56,709 bases of DNA. Source: a virus. Its lineage: Duplodnaviria; Caudoviricetes. The translations under genes and the position numbers were made by a program. The stretch is taken from IMG/VR virus record IMGVR_UViG_3300047276_000460, positions 1-56,709 of that record. One strand, written 5' to 3'. The first letter of the stretch is position 1. Each line of letters opens with the position of its first letter. Below are positions 1 through 6,222 of this stretch, piece after piece. Below the pieces are notes generated by a model. The model had not been told where the DNA came from and did no database searches. It was given only the letters and a program-made list of their open reading frames with translations.

Positions 1-167
1 TTGAGATCGGCAGCCACGGCAGCCATCAGGGCCGCGTTGGGGTGGGCGCCCAGCGACGCCGGACGGTCGTAGAAGTCGCCGGTCGCGATGTCGTAGAACG
101 TGCCGTTATCGACGATGCGCTCCAGCTCGGCTGCGGCCTCGGCGTAGTAGTCGGGGTATTCGACGTC
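1..167. repeat. Terminal direct repeat / circular assembly overlap (copy 1)
   Basis: 1-167 is identical to 56543-56709 except G40 vs A56582. Confidence 0.95.
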
Positions 168-278
168 GATGTTGTCGGTGCAGTGCCCCTCGACGCGAGC
201 GAGATGCTCGGGCTGGTACAGGCCGTTGTCGAGGCAGGTGCGATAGAGTACCTTGGCGAATTGATCGGCGGTCATCAT
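1..278 (-). CDS. Hypothetical early protein, 5' part (continues across the join into 56542-56455)
   Basis: ATG at 278 with GAAGGGAG SD downstream of promoter cassette; frame MMTADQFAKVLYRTC... stays open through the terminal overlap to TGA at 56455. Confidence 0.8.
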   Translation of the reverse strand, partial: MMTADQFAKVLYRTCLDNGLYQPEHLARVEGHCTDNIDVEYPDYYAEAAAELERIVDNGTFYDIATGDFYDRPASLGAHPNAALMAAVAADL

Positions 279-294
279 GTGATTGGCTCCCTTC

Positions 295-359
295 GTTGCT
301 GACACAGCCTCTTTGCCAGAGGCAGGGGGGTATTGCAACCCCCCTGTTGCGATTATTTT
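295..359 (-). promoter_or_regulatory. Early promoter cassette PE1
   Basis: - strand: AAAATAATCGCAACAGGGGGG TTGCAA-17nt-CAAAGA-6nt-GTCAGCAAC-GAAGGGAG; internal IR GCCTCT/AGAGGC. Confidence 0.75.
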
Positions 360-760
360 AGATCGGCTTCCTTTTTCGGCACCGAGACTGGCCGCGTGCC
401 GTGCTCGATGTCGTGGCTGTCGCAGAGCCTTTGCAGGAAGCCCACAAGCCCCGAGAGATAGCGGATGTAGTCTCGCTCCGCACGGGCGACGGTCACGGGC
501 AGCGTGTAGCCCAGTGCGACCATCCTGCGCTCGACGCGGCGGAGGGCCGTGCCGACGTACGCCACCCTGACCTTGGCGCGATCCGCCCAGTCATAGTCCT
601 CGTCGCTGTGGTCCTCGATCATGTTGTGCGCCGCGATCTGCGACTTCATCACGTCGAACAGATCGACGATCTCGTCGTGCCACTGGAGCAGCGTTGCCTC
701 GCTGGTCTCCTGCTGGATGGCGTGCCGCTCAGGCAGATCGAATTTGCTTTTCTCAGTCAT
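353..760 (-). CDS. Hypothetical protein (135 aa, helical)
   Basis: ORF with GGAG SD and GC3-rich codons; stop lies in the UP-like tract of PE1. Confidence 0.75.
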   Translation of the reverse strand: MTEKSKFDLPERHAIQQETSEATLLQWHDEIVDLFDVMKSQIAAHNMIEDHSDEDYDWADRAKVRVAYVGTALRRVERRMVALGYTLPVTVARAERDYIRYLSGLVGFLQRLCDSHDIEHGTRPVSVPKKEADLK

Positions 761-830
761 ATTTCAGTTGCTCCAAGATTTGCAGGAGGACGATGAGGAT
801 GCCGCCAAGCAGCGCGTTGGTGAGTGCCAT
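753..830 (-). CDS. Small hydrophobic peptide (MALTNALLGGILIVLLQILEQLKYD)
   Basis: Manually translated; GGGGAGG SD upstream; fills the gap between neighbouring ORFs. Confidence 0.5.
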   Translation of the reverse strand: MALTNALLGGILIVLLQILEQLKYD

Positions 831-831
831 G

Positions 832-936
832 TCAGCGGCCCTCCCCTGACAGCGCGCTGACGGCGGCGATCCCGGCGAGGACGATCAGCAGGCCGAAGGC
901 CTCGAGGCTGACGTAGGGCGACAGGTCGAAGATCAT
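832..936 (-). CDS. Small membrane peptide (MIFDLSPYVSLEAFGLLIVLAGIAAVSALSGEGR)
   Basis: ATGA overlap with upstream gene; single hydrophobic stretch. Confidence 0.55.
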   Translation of the reverse strand: MIFDLSPYVSLEAFGLLIVLAGIAAVSALSGEGR

Positions 937-1223
937 GCCAGCCCCCCGTGCCGGTGGATGAACTTGTTCACGACCGAGACGGGCACGAAGCTGTACGGCG
1001 TGTCCTTGCTGCCGTCGCCGAAGCTGCGCGGGTAGATCGCGCGACCGCTCGGGCCAGCGATGCACCACACCTCGACGCAGCCCCATGGACCCCTGTCGTC
1101 GCGCGGCGAGCAGTAATGGAACTTGCTGGCCTGCACGCTCATCCTCGTGCCGTCGGCGCAGGAGAGCCACGGGCGCACAGGCCCGCTGTACTTGGCGAGG
1201 TATTCGTGGACGTAGTCTTGCAT
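933..1223 (-). CDS. Conserved phage hypothetical protein
   Basis: CADG..MSVQAS.FHYCSPR motif typical of small phage early proteins; AGGAGG SD. Confidence 0.75.
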   Translation of the reverse strand: MQDYVHEYLAKYSGPVRPWLSCADGTRMSVQASKFHYCSPRDDRGPWGCVEVWCIAGPSGRAIYPRSFGDGSKDTPYSFVPVSVVNKFIHRHGGLA

Positions 1224-1226
1224 GGC

Positions 1227-1430
1227 TCAGGCCTCCTCGATGTTGGAGAGCGGGACGCGGATGCCGTAGTGGTCGGCGTCCCAGCGCTCGATGCTGTTGC
1301 GTGGGAATATCGACGGATCGACCCAGCGGTGTTCGGTCTCGCCAACTATGCGCTGCGTGCGCGCGCCTGCCGGTACGGTGACGGTCAGGCCATTGCCGAA
1401 GGTGTGGGTGAAGGTGTTCTTGACGATCAT
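1227..1430 (-). CDS. Hypothetical protein (67 aa)
   Basis: AGGAGG SD; flanked by 17-bp direct repeats. Confidence 0.7.
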   Translation of the reverse strand: MIVKNTFTHTFGNGLTVTVPAGARTQRIVGETEHRWVDPSIFPRNSIERWDADHYGIRVPLSNIEEA

Positions 1431-1442
1431 GGCTCAGGCCTC

Positions 1443-1700
1443 CTACATGGATGTTTGGTTGATGATGTACACAGCCTCGGCCATGATCTCGTCGTACAGC
1501 TTGCGCATCGCTTTCAGGCGGTCGTAGTGCGCCTCACGGTCGGCGGTGCAGGCGACGGCGTTGCCGGGGTAGTCCCTGCCGTTCGGCGTGGCCTGCTTGA
1601 GCGCCTCGATGGCGTCGTTGATCAAGTCCAGAGCCTTGAGACGCGGCTTGAGCAGGTCGTCCTTGCTGCTGCCGTTGATGTTGAGCTGGGGCGTAATCAT
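1443..1700 (-). CDS. Hypothetical protein (MITPQLNINGSS...)
   Basis: ATG at 1700 preceded by ACAGGAGACACCGAC leader. Confidence 0.75.
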   Translation of the reverse strand: MITPQLNINGSSKDDLLKPRLKALDLINDAIEALKQATPNGRDYPGNAVACTADREAHYDRLKAMRKLYDEIMAEAVYIINQTSM

Positions 1701-1720
1701 GTCGGTGTCTCCTGTGTTGT

Positions 1721-1736
1721 GGGGGCCGAAGCCCCC
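1721..1736 (-). other. GGGGGC-UUCG-GCCCCC tetraloop hairpin (copy 1)
   Basis: Perfect 6-bp stem with C(UUCG)G loop, intergenic; identical copies at 2883-2898 (-) and 12603-12618 (+). Confidence 0.7.
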
Positions 1737-1747
1737 GAGATTGGTGG

Positions 1748-1936
1748 TCAAGCGGCGTTGCCAGTCCACATGCGAAGGTTGGCGCGGCGACCAAGCAGTA
1801 CGCATGCCTCATAGCTGCGCGGCGTATCGTAGATCGTAGCCCGATCCCAATTGGCTGGCGGATTGTTGCGGGTTTCCAAGACGATTGCGCGAAGCTGGTC
1901 GTCGGTCATATCGTGCAGGTCGTTGAAGTTGGTCAT
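1748..1936 (-). CDS. Hypothetical protein (MTNFNDLHDM...)
   Basis: First ORF after PE2, ACAGGAG SD. Confidence 0.7.
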   Translation of the reverse strand: MTNFNDLHDMTDDQLRAIVLETRNNPPANWDRATIYDTPRSYEACVLLGRRANLRMWTGNAA

Positions 1937-1951
1937 GTCGTGTGCTCCTGT

Positions 1952-2016
1952 GTTGCTGACATCCCCTCTCTGGCAGAAGCCGAGAGGGGATGCAACCCCC
2001 CAGTTGAAATTATTTT
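1952..2016 (-). promoter_or_regulatory. Early promoter cassette PE2
   Basis: AAAATAATTTCAACTGGGGGG TTGCAT-17nt-CAGAGA-6nt-GTCAGCAAC-ACAGGAG; 11-bp IR CATCCCCTCTC/GAGAGGGGATG. Confidence 0.8.
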
Positions 2017-2588
2017 CGGTCTGCGTACGGCGAGACGCCGTTGAGCCTGAAGTTGCGCTCATTGCGGAAGGCCGCGCCTTTCATCTTGCGGATGGCGCGC
2101 CTCTCGATCTGGTGTACCCTATTTCTGTGGACCCCCTCCTCCTGCCCGATGTCTTCGTACGTCCGCTCCTCCAGCCGGGCAGTGACGATGCGCTTCTCGC
2201 GGTCCCCCAAGGTGCTCATGAGGTGCTCCAACTCCCTGCGCTGCCAGACTTGGCGCTCAGCGCTTGAGCTTGCGAGCATGGCCATCGTCGGCTCATCGAC
2301 GAACGTCTCCATCGAGTTCTTCTCCAGCCGCATCGTGCGTTGCGCGTCGGTGAACAGGTCGTCTGGATCGCAGCGGAGGACAGCCGCGATGCGATGGGCG
2401 GTGTCCGTATAGTCGTCGCGCCGTTCGCTGTAGGCGGGCCGCTTCATGGCGATGATCTCAACCACCGATACGTAGGACACGCCCGCCATGTCGGCGAGTT
2501 GCTTGGCGGATGTCACATTGCACTCGCGCATGCGCGAAAGGATGCGCGCGTTGCGTACAGTGATCTTGACGGCATAGTCTTGGGTCAT
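2010..2588 (-). CDS. HTH (XRE-like) plus sigma70 region 4-like transcription regulator
   Basis: N-term SAKQLADMAGVSYVSV helix-turn-helix; C-term RTYEDIGQEEGVHRNRVHQIERRAIRKMK resembles sigma region 4.2 (TLEEVG..F.VTRERIRQIE.KALRKLR). Confidence 0.75.
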   Translation of the reverse strand: MTQDYAVKITVRNARILSRMRECNVTSAKQLADMAGVSYVSVVEIIAMKRPAYSERRDDYTDTAHRIAAVLRCDPDDLFTDAQRTMRLEKNSMETFVDEPTMAMLASSSAERQVWQRRELEHLMSTLGDREKRIVTARLEERTYEDIGQEEGVHRNRVHQIERRAIRKMKGAAFRNERNFRLNGVSPYADRK

Positions 2589-2589
2589 G

Positions 2590-2853
2590 TCAGCCCTCCC
2601 TGACCGCGCGAATGTGGCCGCTGAGGTTCGCTCTCGCGATGGGCAGGTTGAGGTCGTCCGAGAGGGCGCAGTCGCTCTCCTCGTCGTAGACGGACAGATC
2701 GCGAAGGTGGGCTGCGACGGCGATCATGCGCGCCGCGCCTGCCGTGCCGATGCTGATCTGCTTGTCGCGCTGCCAGACGCTGTACGCGCCGCTCAGCTCG
2801 GGACGGATGACGACGTCGAAGCCGTGGAAGGTGTTCGGGTTGGTTACGGGCAT
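2590..2853 (-). CDS. Hypothetical protein (87 aa)
   Basis: ACAGGAGAC SD; in-strand with neighbours. Confidence 0.7.
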   Translation of the reverse strand: MPVTNPNTFHGFDVVIRPELSGAYSVWQRDKQISIGTAGAARMIAVAAHLRDLSVYDEESDCALSDDLNLPIARANLSGHIRAVREG

Positions 2854-2882
2854 TGGTACTGTCTCCTGTGGTGGTGGTGGGT

Positions 2883-2898
2883 GGGGGCCGAAGCCCCC
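2883..2898 (-). other. GGGGGC-UUCG-GCCCCC tetraloop hairpin (copy 2)
   Basis: Identical 16-mer, intergenic, no U-tract. Confidence 0.7.
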
Positions 2899-2904
2899 GG
2901 TTGG

Positions 2905-3288
2905 TTAGAAGTTGTAATCGTACTTGCGGACCGCGCCGTTGGCGATGAACTGGCGGCTCTTGCAGCCCCAGAGCTTGTCCGAGCCGTAGTAGCGGCTCTT
3001 GACCAGCCGCAGGGTCAGGCGGCCTTCGCCGACGCCGTCGTACAGCCAAGTCTGCTCGTCTTGGTTGGTGCAGTGACCGGCGAAGCCACCGGGGATTATG
3101 TTGGGCTGCCAGTTGGGGTCGCGCTTGGTCTGCACTGGGGCGACCGTGATGGTCGATGCGGTGCGGCTCACGACGACCCACGGCGTGGTGTCCGAGTACA
3201 TGGTCTCGGTCAGGTACTCACCCTCGGGCAGGCCGATGACGTTGGTGGTGAAACGGTCGTAGGCGCGGACGGGCTTGTTGGTGTTCAT
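2905..3288 (-). CDS. Hypothetical protein (MNTNKPVRAYDRF...)
   Basis: GAAGGGAGACACCGAC leader; GC3-rich codons. Confidence 0.75.
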   Translation of the reverse strand: MNTNKPVRAYDRFTTNVIGLPEGEYLTETMYSDTTPWVVVSRTASTITVAPVQTKRDPNWQPNIIPGGFAGHCTNQDEQTWLYDGVGEGRLTLRLVKSRYYGSDKLWGCKSRQFIANGAVRKYDYNF

Positions 3289-3302
3289 GTCGGTGTCTCC
3301 CT

Positions 3303-3434
3303 TCACTTCGCGAGTTGAGCGTAGAGCTTGCGCTGGTAGGCCTTGAGCGCGGTGAGGCTGCCGTGGCCGCGCTTGTGGGTCTCGATCAGACTGCTGATCT
3401 TGAGAAGCTCAGCGATGATGTCGTTCTGGGTCAT
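3303..3434 (-). CDS. Small hypothetical protein (43 aa, MTQNDIIAELLKISS...)
   Basis: Manually translated; first ORF after PE3, GGAG SD. Confidence 0.6.
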   Translation of the reverse strand: MTQNDIIAELLKISSLIETHKRGHGSLTALKAYQRKLYAQLAK

Positions 3435-3451
3435 GTCGTTTGCTCCGTTTC

Positions 3452-3523
3452 GTTTCTGACAAAGCCTCTCTGCCAGAGGTCAAAAAGGATTGCAACCCCC
3501 CTGTTGAAAAATAGTTGAAAAAT
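3452..3523 (-). promoter_or_regulatory. Early promoter cassette PE3
   Basis: TTTTTCAACAGGGGGG TTGCAA-17nt-CAGAGA-6nt-GTCAGAAAC; IR CCTCT/AGAGG. Confidence 0.75.
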
Positions 3524-3524
3524 T

Positions 3525-3845
3525 CTGCAAGTGGCCTGTTTTGCCGGTCGAGGCTGCAACAAGTGCAACAAATAGAAAATGGCGGAAAACTGCGGAATGC
3601 AACATTCATCTCAGGGGTTGAATGTTGCAACAAGTTGCAGTTGTTGCAGGGGTGCTGGTAAAGTTTTGCAAGTGCTGAAACCCGCAGAAAACCGCCAAAA
3701 ATTGGGGTTTTGGGGCTGCAACAAGTGCAACAAGTTGCCAACAAGTTGCACAAGTTGCAATGCAATCACCGGTAATAAGACTTCGTCTTATCCGGTTGTT
3801 GCGTTGCGTTGTTGCAGGTTGCGGATGCTGATGTTGCAAAGTTTT
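3525..3845. repeat. AT-richer non-coding array of TGCAAC/GTTGCA repeats (candidate origin or packaging region)
   Basis: 20-bp direct repeat at 3552-3571 and 3714-3733; tandem CAAGTTGC units 3731-3760; 11-bp IR 3598-3608/3619-3629; lies between the divergent early and late arms. Confidence 0.8.
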
Positions 3846-3888
3846 TCGGGCGGGTTTTTCGGGCAGAAATGGCCCCAGATCGCATGCC

Positions 3889-3917
3889 TTGAATTGGCGT
3901 CGTGCAGGGTGTACATG
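3889..3917 (+). promoter_or_regulatory. Putative sigma70-like promoter for the packaging/late operon
   Basis: TTGAAT-17nt-TACATG, 45 nt upstream of terS ATG. Confidence 0.5.
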
Positions 3918-3962
3918 GGTCGCATCACTGGAAGCCCTGTCACGATACGGAGCACGCAGACT

Positions 3963-4400
3963 ATGACCGGACGCCCTAGCACCTACACTGAAGAGATGGG
4001 AAACCTCATCTGTGACAAGCTCACGGAGGGGCTGAGCCTGCGGCGCATCTGCAAGAGCGAGGAGTTCCCGAACGCTTCGACTGTGTACGTGTGGCTGGAT
4101 CGCTTCCCCGCCTTCGCCGAGCAGTATGCCCGCGCGCGCGAAGCCGCCACGGAGGACATGCTCGAGGAGATGCTCGAGATCGCCGACGACCCGCTGCTCG
4201 AGGCGCAGGACAAACGCGTGCGCATCGACACGCGCAAGTGGGCCATGGGCAAGCTCAAGCCGAAGAAGTACGGCGAGAAGCAGACCGTCGATGTCGGCAA
4301 CAAGGACGGCGAGGCGCTGAAGGTCGAGGGTAACGTCGATACGGCTGCGCTCGTGAGCAGCCTCGCCGAAGCCCTGCGCACGCAGAAGGCCGACAAGTGA
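3963..4400 (+). CDS. terS: Terminase small subunit (Sf6/P22-like)
   Basis: MTGRPSTYTEE..ICD.L.EG.SLR.IC HTH, FAEQYARARE, RIDTRKW.MGKL.PKKYG motifs; position upstream of terL. Confidence 0.88.
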   Translation: MTGRPSTYTEEMGNLICDKLTEGLSLRRICKSEEFPNASTVYVWLDRFPAFAEQYARAREAATEDMLEEMLEIADDPLLEAQDKRVRIDTRKWAMGKLKPKKYGEKQTVDVGNKDGEALKVEGNVDTAALVSSLAEALRTQKADK

Positions 4401-4735
4401 TCCGTGTCCGCGAGCACGGCACCCCTGTGCCGCGCGGCATCAGCCAGTCGAGCAACGAACGGTATGCTGATCTCTGGATCAGCACGGCGCTGTTCAGCCT
4501 GAACCTGCGCTGGGTGAAGCCCGAGCGCCGCCTCATCGTCAACTGCCACCGCAAGGCGGTCGGCCCGTGGCGTCGCATCCGCGAGCTGGAGCGCCGCGCC
4601 GACAGCCTCGAGCATGAGGTGCTCGCCCTCGAGCACGCCCTCGGCCAGTCGAACGAACGCTACGACCGTATCCGCGACACCAACGCGCAGCTTCGCGAGA
4701 CGCTGACGCTCTATCGGAACGACGCCCGCGCGTGA
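4397..4735 (+). CDS. Hypothetical protein with C-terminal coiled coil
   Basis: GTGA overlaps with both terS and terL. Confidence 0.7.
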   Translation: MIRVREHGTPVPRGISQSSNERYADLWISTALFSLNLRWVKPERRLIVNCHRKAVGPWRRIRELERRADSLEHEVLALEHALGQSNERYDRIRDTNAQLRETLTLYRNDARA

Positions 4736-6210
4736 CGCTCATCCTCCCCCGTGCCGAGCCGGAGGTGCTTCTCGCGCAGCTCACGCCTGAGCAGCGCGTC
4801 TACCTCGACTGGCAGCGGCGCTGGGCGGCGACCGCGCGCGCCAGCCAGCTCATCCCCGTCGGCGACTGGACCGAGTGCGGCGTGCTCGCCGGGCGCGGCT
4901 TCGGCAAGACGCGCGTCGGCGCCGAGTGGATCACGCGCGCCGCGTACGAAGACCCGAGCGGCTTCGACAGCGCCGTGATCGCGCCGACCTATCAGGACGT
5001 GAAGTTCACATGCTTCGAGGGCGAGAGCGGCATCCTGTCCGTCCTGCCGCCCGAGCTGCTCGTCGAGTACAACAAGTCCGACATGGTCATCAAAATGCGC
5101 AACGTCGCGGGTGGCGTCAGCACGCTGCGCGGCTTCACGGCTGAGAAGCCGGAGCGACTGCGCGGGCCGCAGCACTGCCGTGGCTGGTTCGACGAGCTGG
5201 CCGCGTGGTCGTACGACGAGGACACATGGGACATGGCCATGTTCGGCATGCGCCTCGGCCCCAACCCGCAGGTGCTCTGGACGACGACGCCGAAGCCGAA
5301 GGGCATCGTCCGCAAGCTGACTGCCCCGAAAGAGGGCAGGCTGATCGTGCGCGGCGCGACGTACGACAACCGCGCCAACCTGCCGGACAGCTTCTTCAAG
5401 CAGCTCGAGCAGTACGAGGGCACGACCATCGGTCGGCAGGAGCTGTACGGCGAGCTGATCGACCCGGAGGAGAGCGGCATCATCAAGCGGAGCTGGCTCA
5501 ACCTGTGGCCAGCCAAGCGCGTCCTGCCCAAGTTCGACTGGATCATCATGTCGCTCGACACGGCGTACACCGAGAAGAGCGTCGACAAGAAGGGCGACCC
5601 CGACCCGACGGCGTGCGGCGTCTGGGGCGTCTTCCAGTACAAGGGTATGAGCCACATCATGCTGCTCGACTGCTGGGAGGACCACCTCGGCCTGCCCGAC
5701 CTGATGAAGCGCACGAAGAAGGAACTGAACGTGCGCTACGGCGACGACGGCGATCAGGCCCTCATCAAGCCCATGTTCGGCAGCTCGAAGCCGATCACGT
5801 CGGGCCGCAAGCCGGACATCCTGCTGATCGAGGACAAGGGCAGCGGCATCAGCCTGCGCCAGATGCTCGAGCGCGAGGGGATCGAGGCGTACGCGTACAA
5901 CCCCGGTCGCGCCGACAAGCTGACGCGGCTGCACATCGTCAGCCCCATCTTCGCCCAGAAGCGCGTCTGGGTGCCGGAGAGCGACAGGACGCCCGGACGC
6001 CCGCGCACGTGGTGCGAGCCGCTCATCGCGCAGCTCTGCGCCTTCACTGGCGAGGGCAGCATCAAGCACGACGACCACGTCGATCAGACGACGCAGGCGC
6101 TCCGGCTGTGCATGGACAAGCGCATGATTGACCTGACCCGCAAGCCCAAGGATGCGGACAAAGGTGACAGACCGCCGCCGACTGTGGTATCGAACCCGTA
6201 CGCGGCATAA
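4732..6210 (+). CDS. terL: Terminase large subunit
   Basis: Walker A AGRGFGKTR, RLRGPQH, Walker B WFDELAAW, motif III TTTPK, nuclease SLDTA, IEDKGSG, KHDDHVD. Confidence 0.95.
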   Translation: MTLILPRAEPEVLLAQLTPEQRVYLDWQRRWAATARASQLIPVGDWTECGVLAGRGFGKTRVGAEWITRAAYEDPSGFDSAVIAPTYQDVKFTCFEGESGILSVLPPELLVEYNKSDMVIKMRNVAGGVSTLRGFTAEKPERLRGPQHCRGWFDELAAWSYDEDTWDMAMFGMRLGPNPQVLWTTTPKPKGIVRKLTAPKEGRLIVRGATYDNRANLPDSFFKQLEQYEGTTIGRQELYGELIDPEESGIIKRSWLNLWPAKRVLPKFDWIIMSLDTAYTEKSVDKKGDPDPTACGVWGVFQYKGMSHIMLLDCWEDHLGLPDLMKRTKKELNVRYGDDGDQALIKPMFGSSKPITSGRKPDILLIEDKGSGISLRQMLEREGIEAYAYNPGRADKLTRLHIVSPIFAQKRVWVPESDRTPGRPRTWCEPLIAQLCAFTGEGSIKHDDHVDQTTQALRLCMDKRMIDLTRKPKDADKGDRPPPTVVSNPYAA

Positions 6211-6222
6211 GAGGACACCCCG

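Noticed and set aside
3525-3845. Possible CRISPR or mini-array
   Set aside because: Repeats are short, irregular and in both orientations, with no constant-length unique spacers; no cas operon
3579-3962. Cys-rich N-terminal extension of the terS ORF (273-aa call) and ORFs 3409-3765 and 3606-3839
   Set aside because: The Cys residues are TGC triplets of the TGCAAC repeat array; TerS homology begins at ATG 3963 with a promoter-like element just upstream
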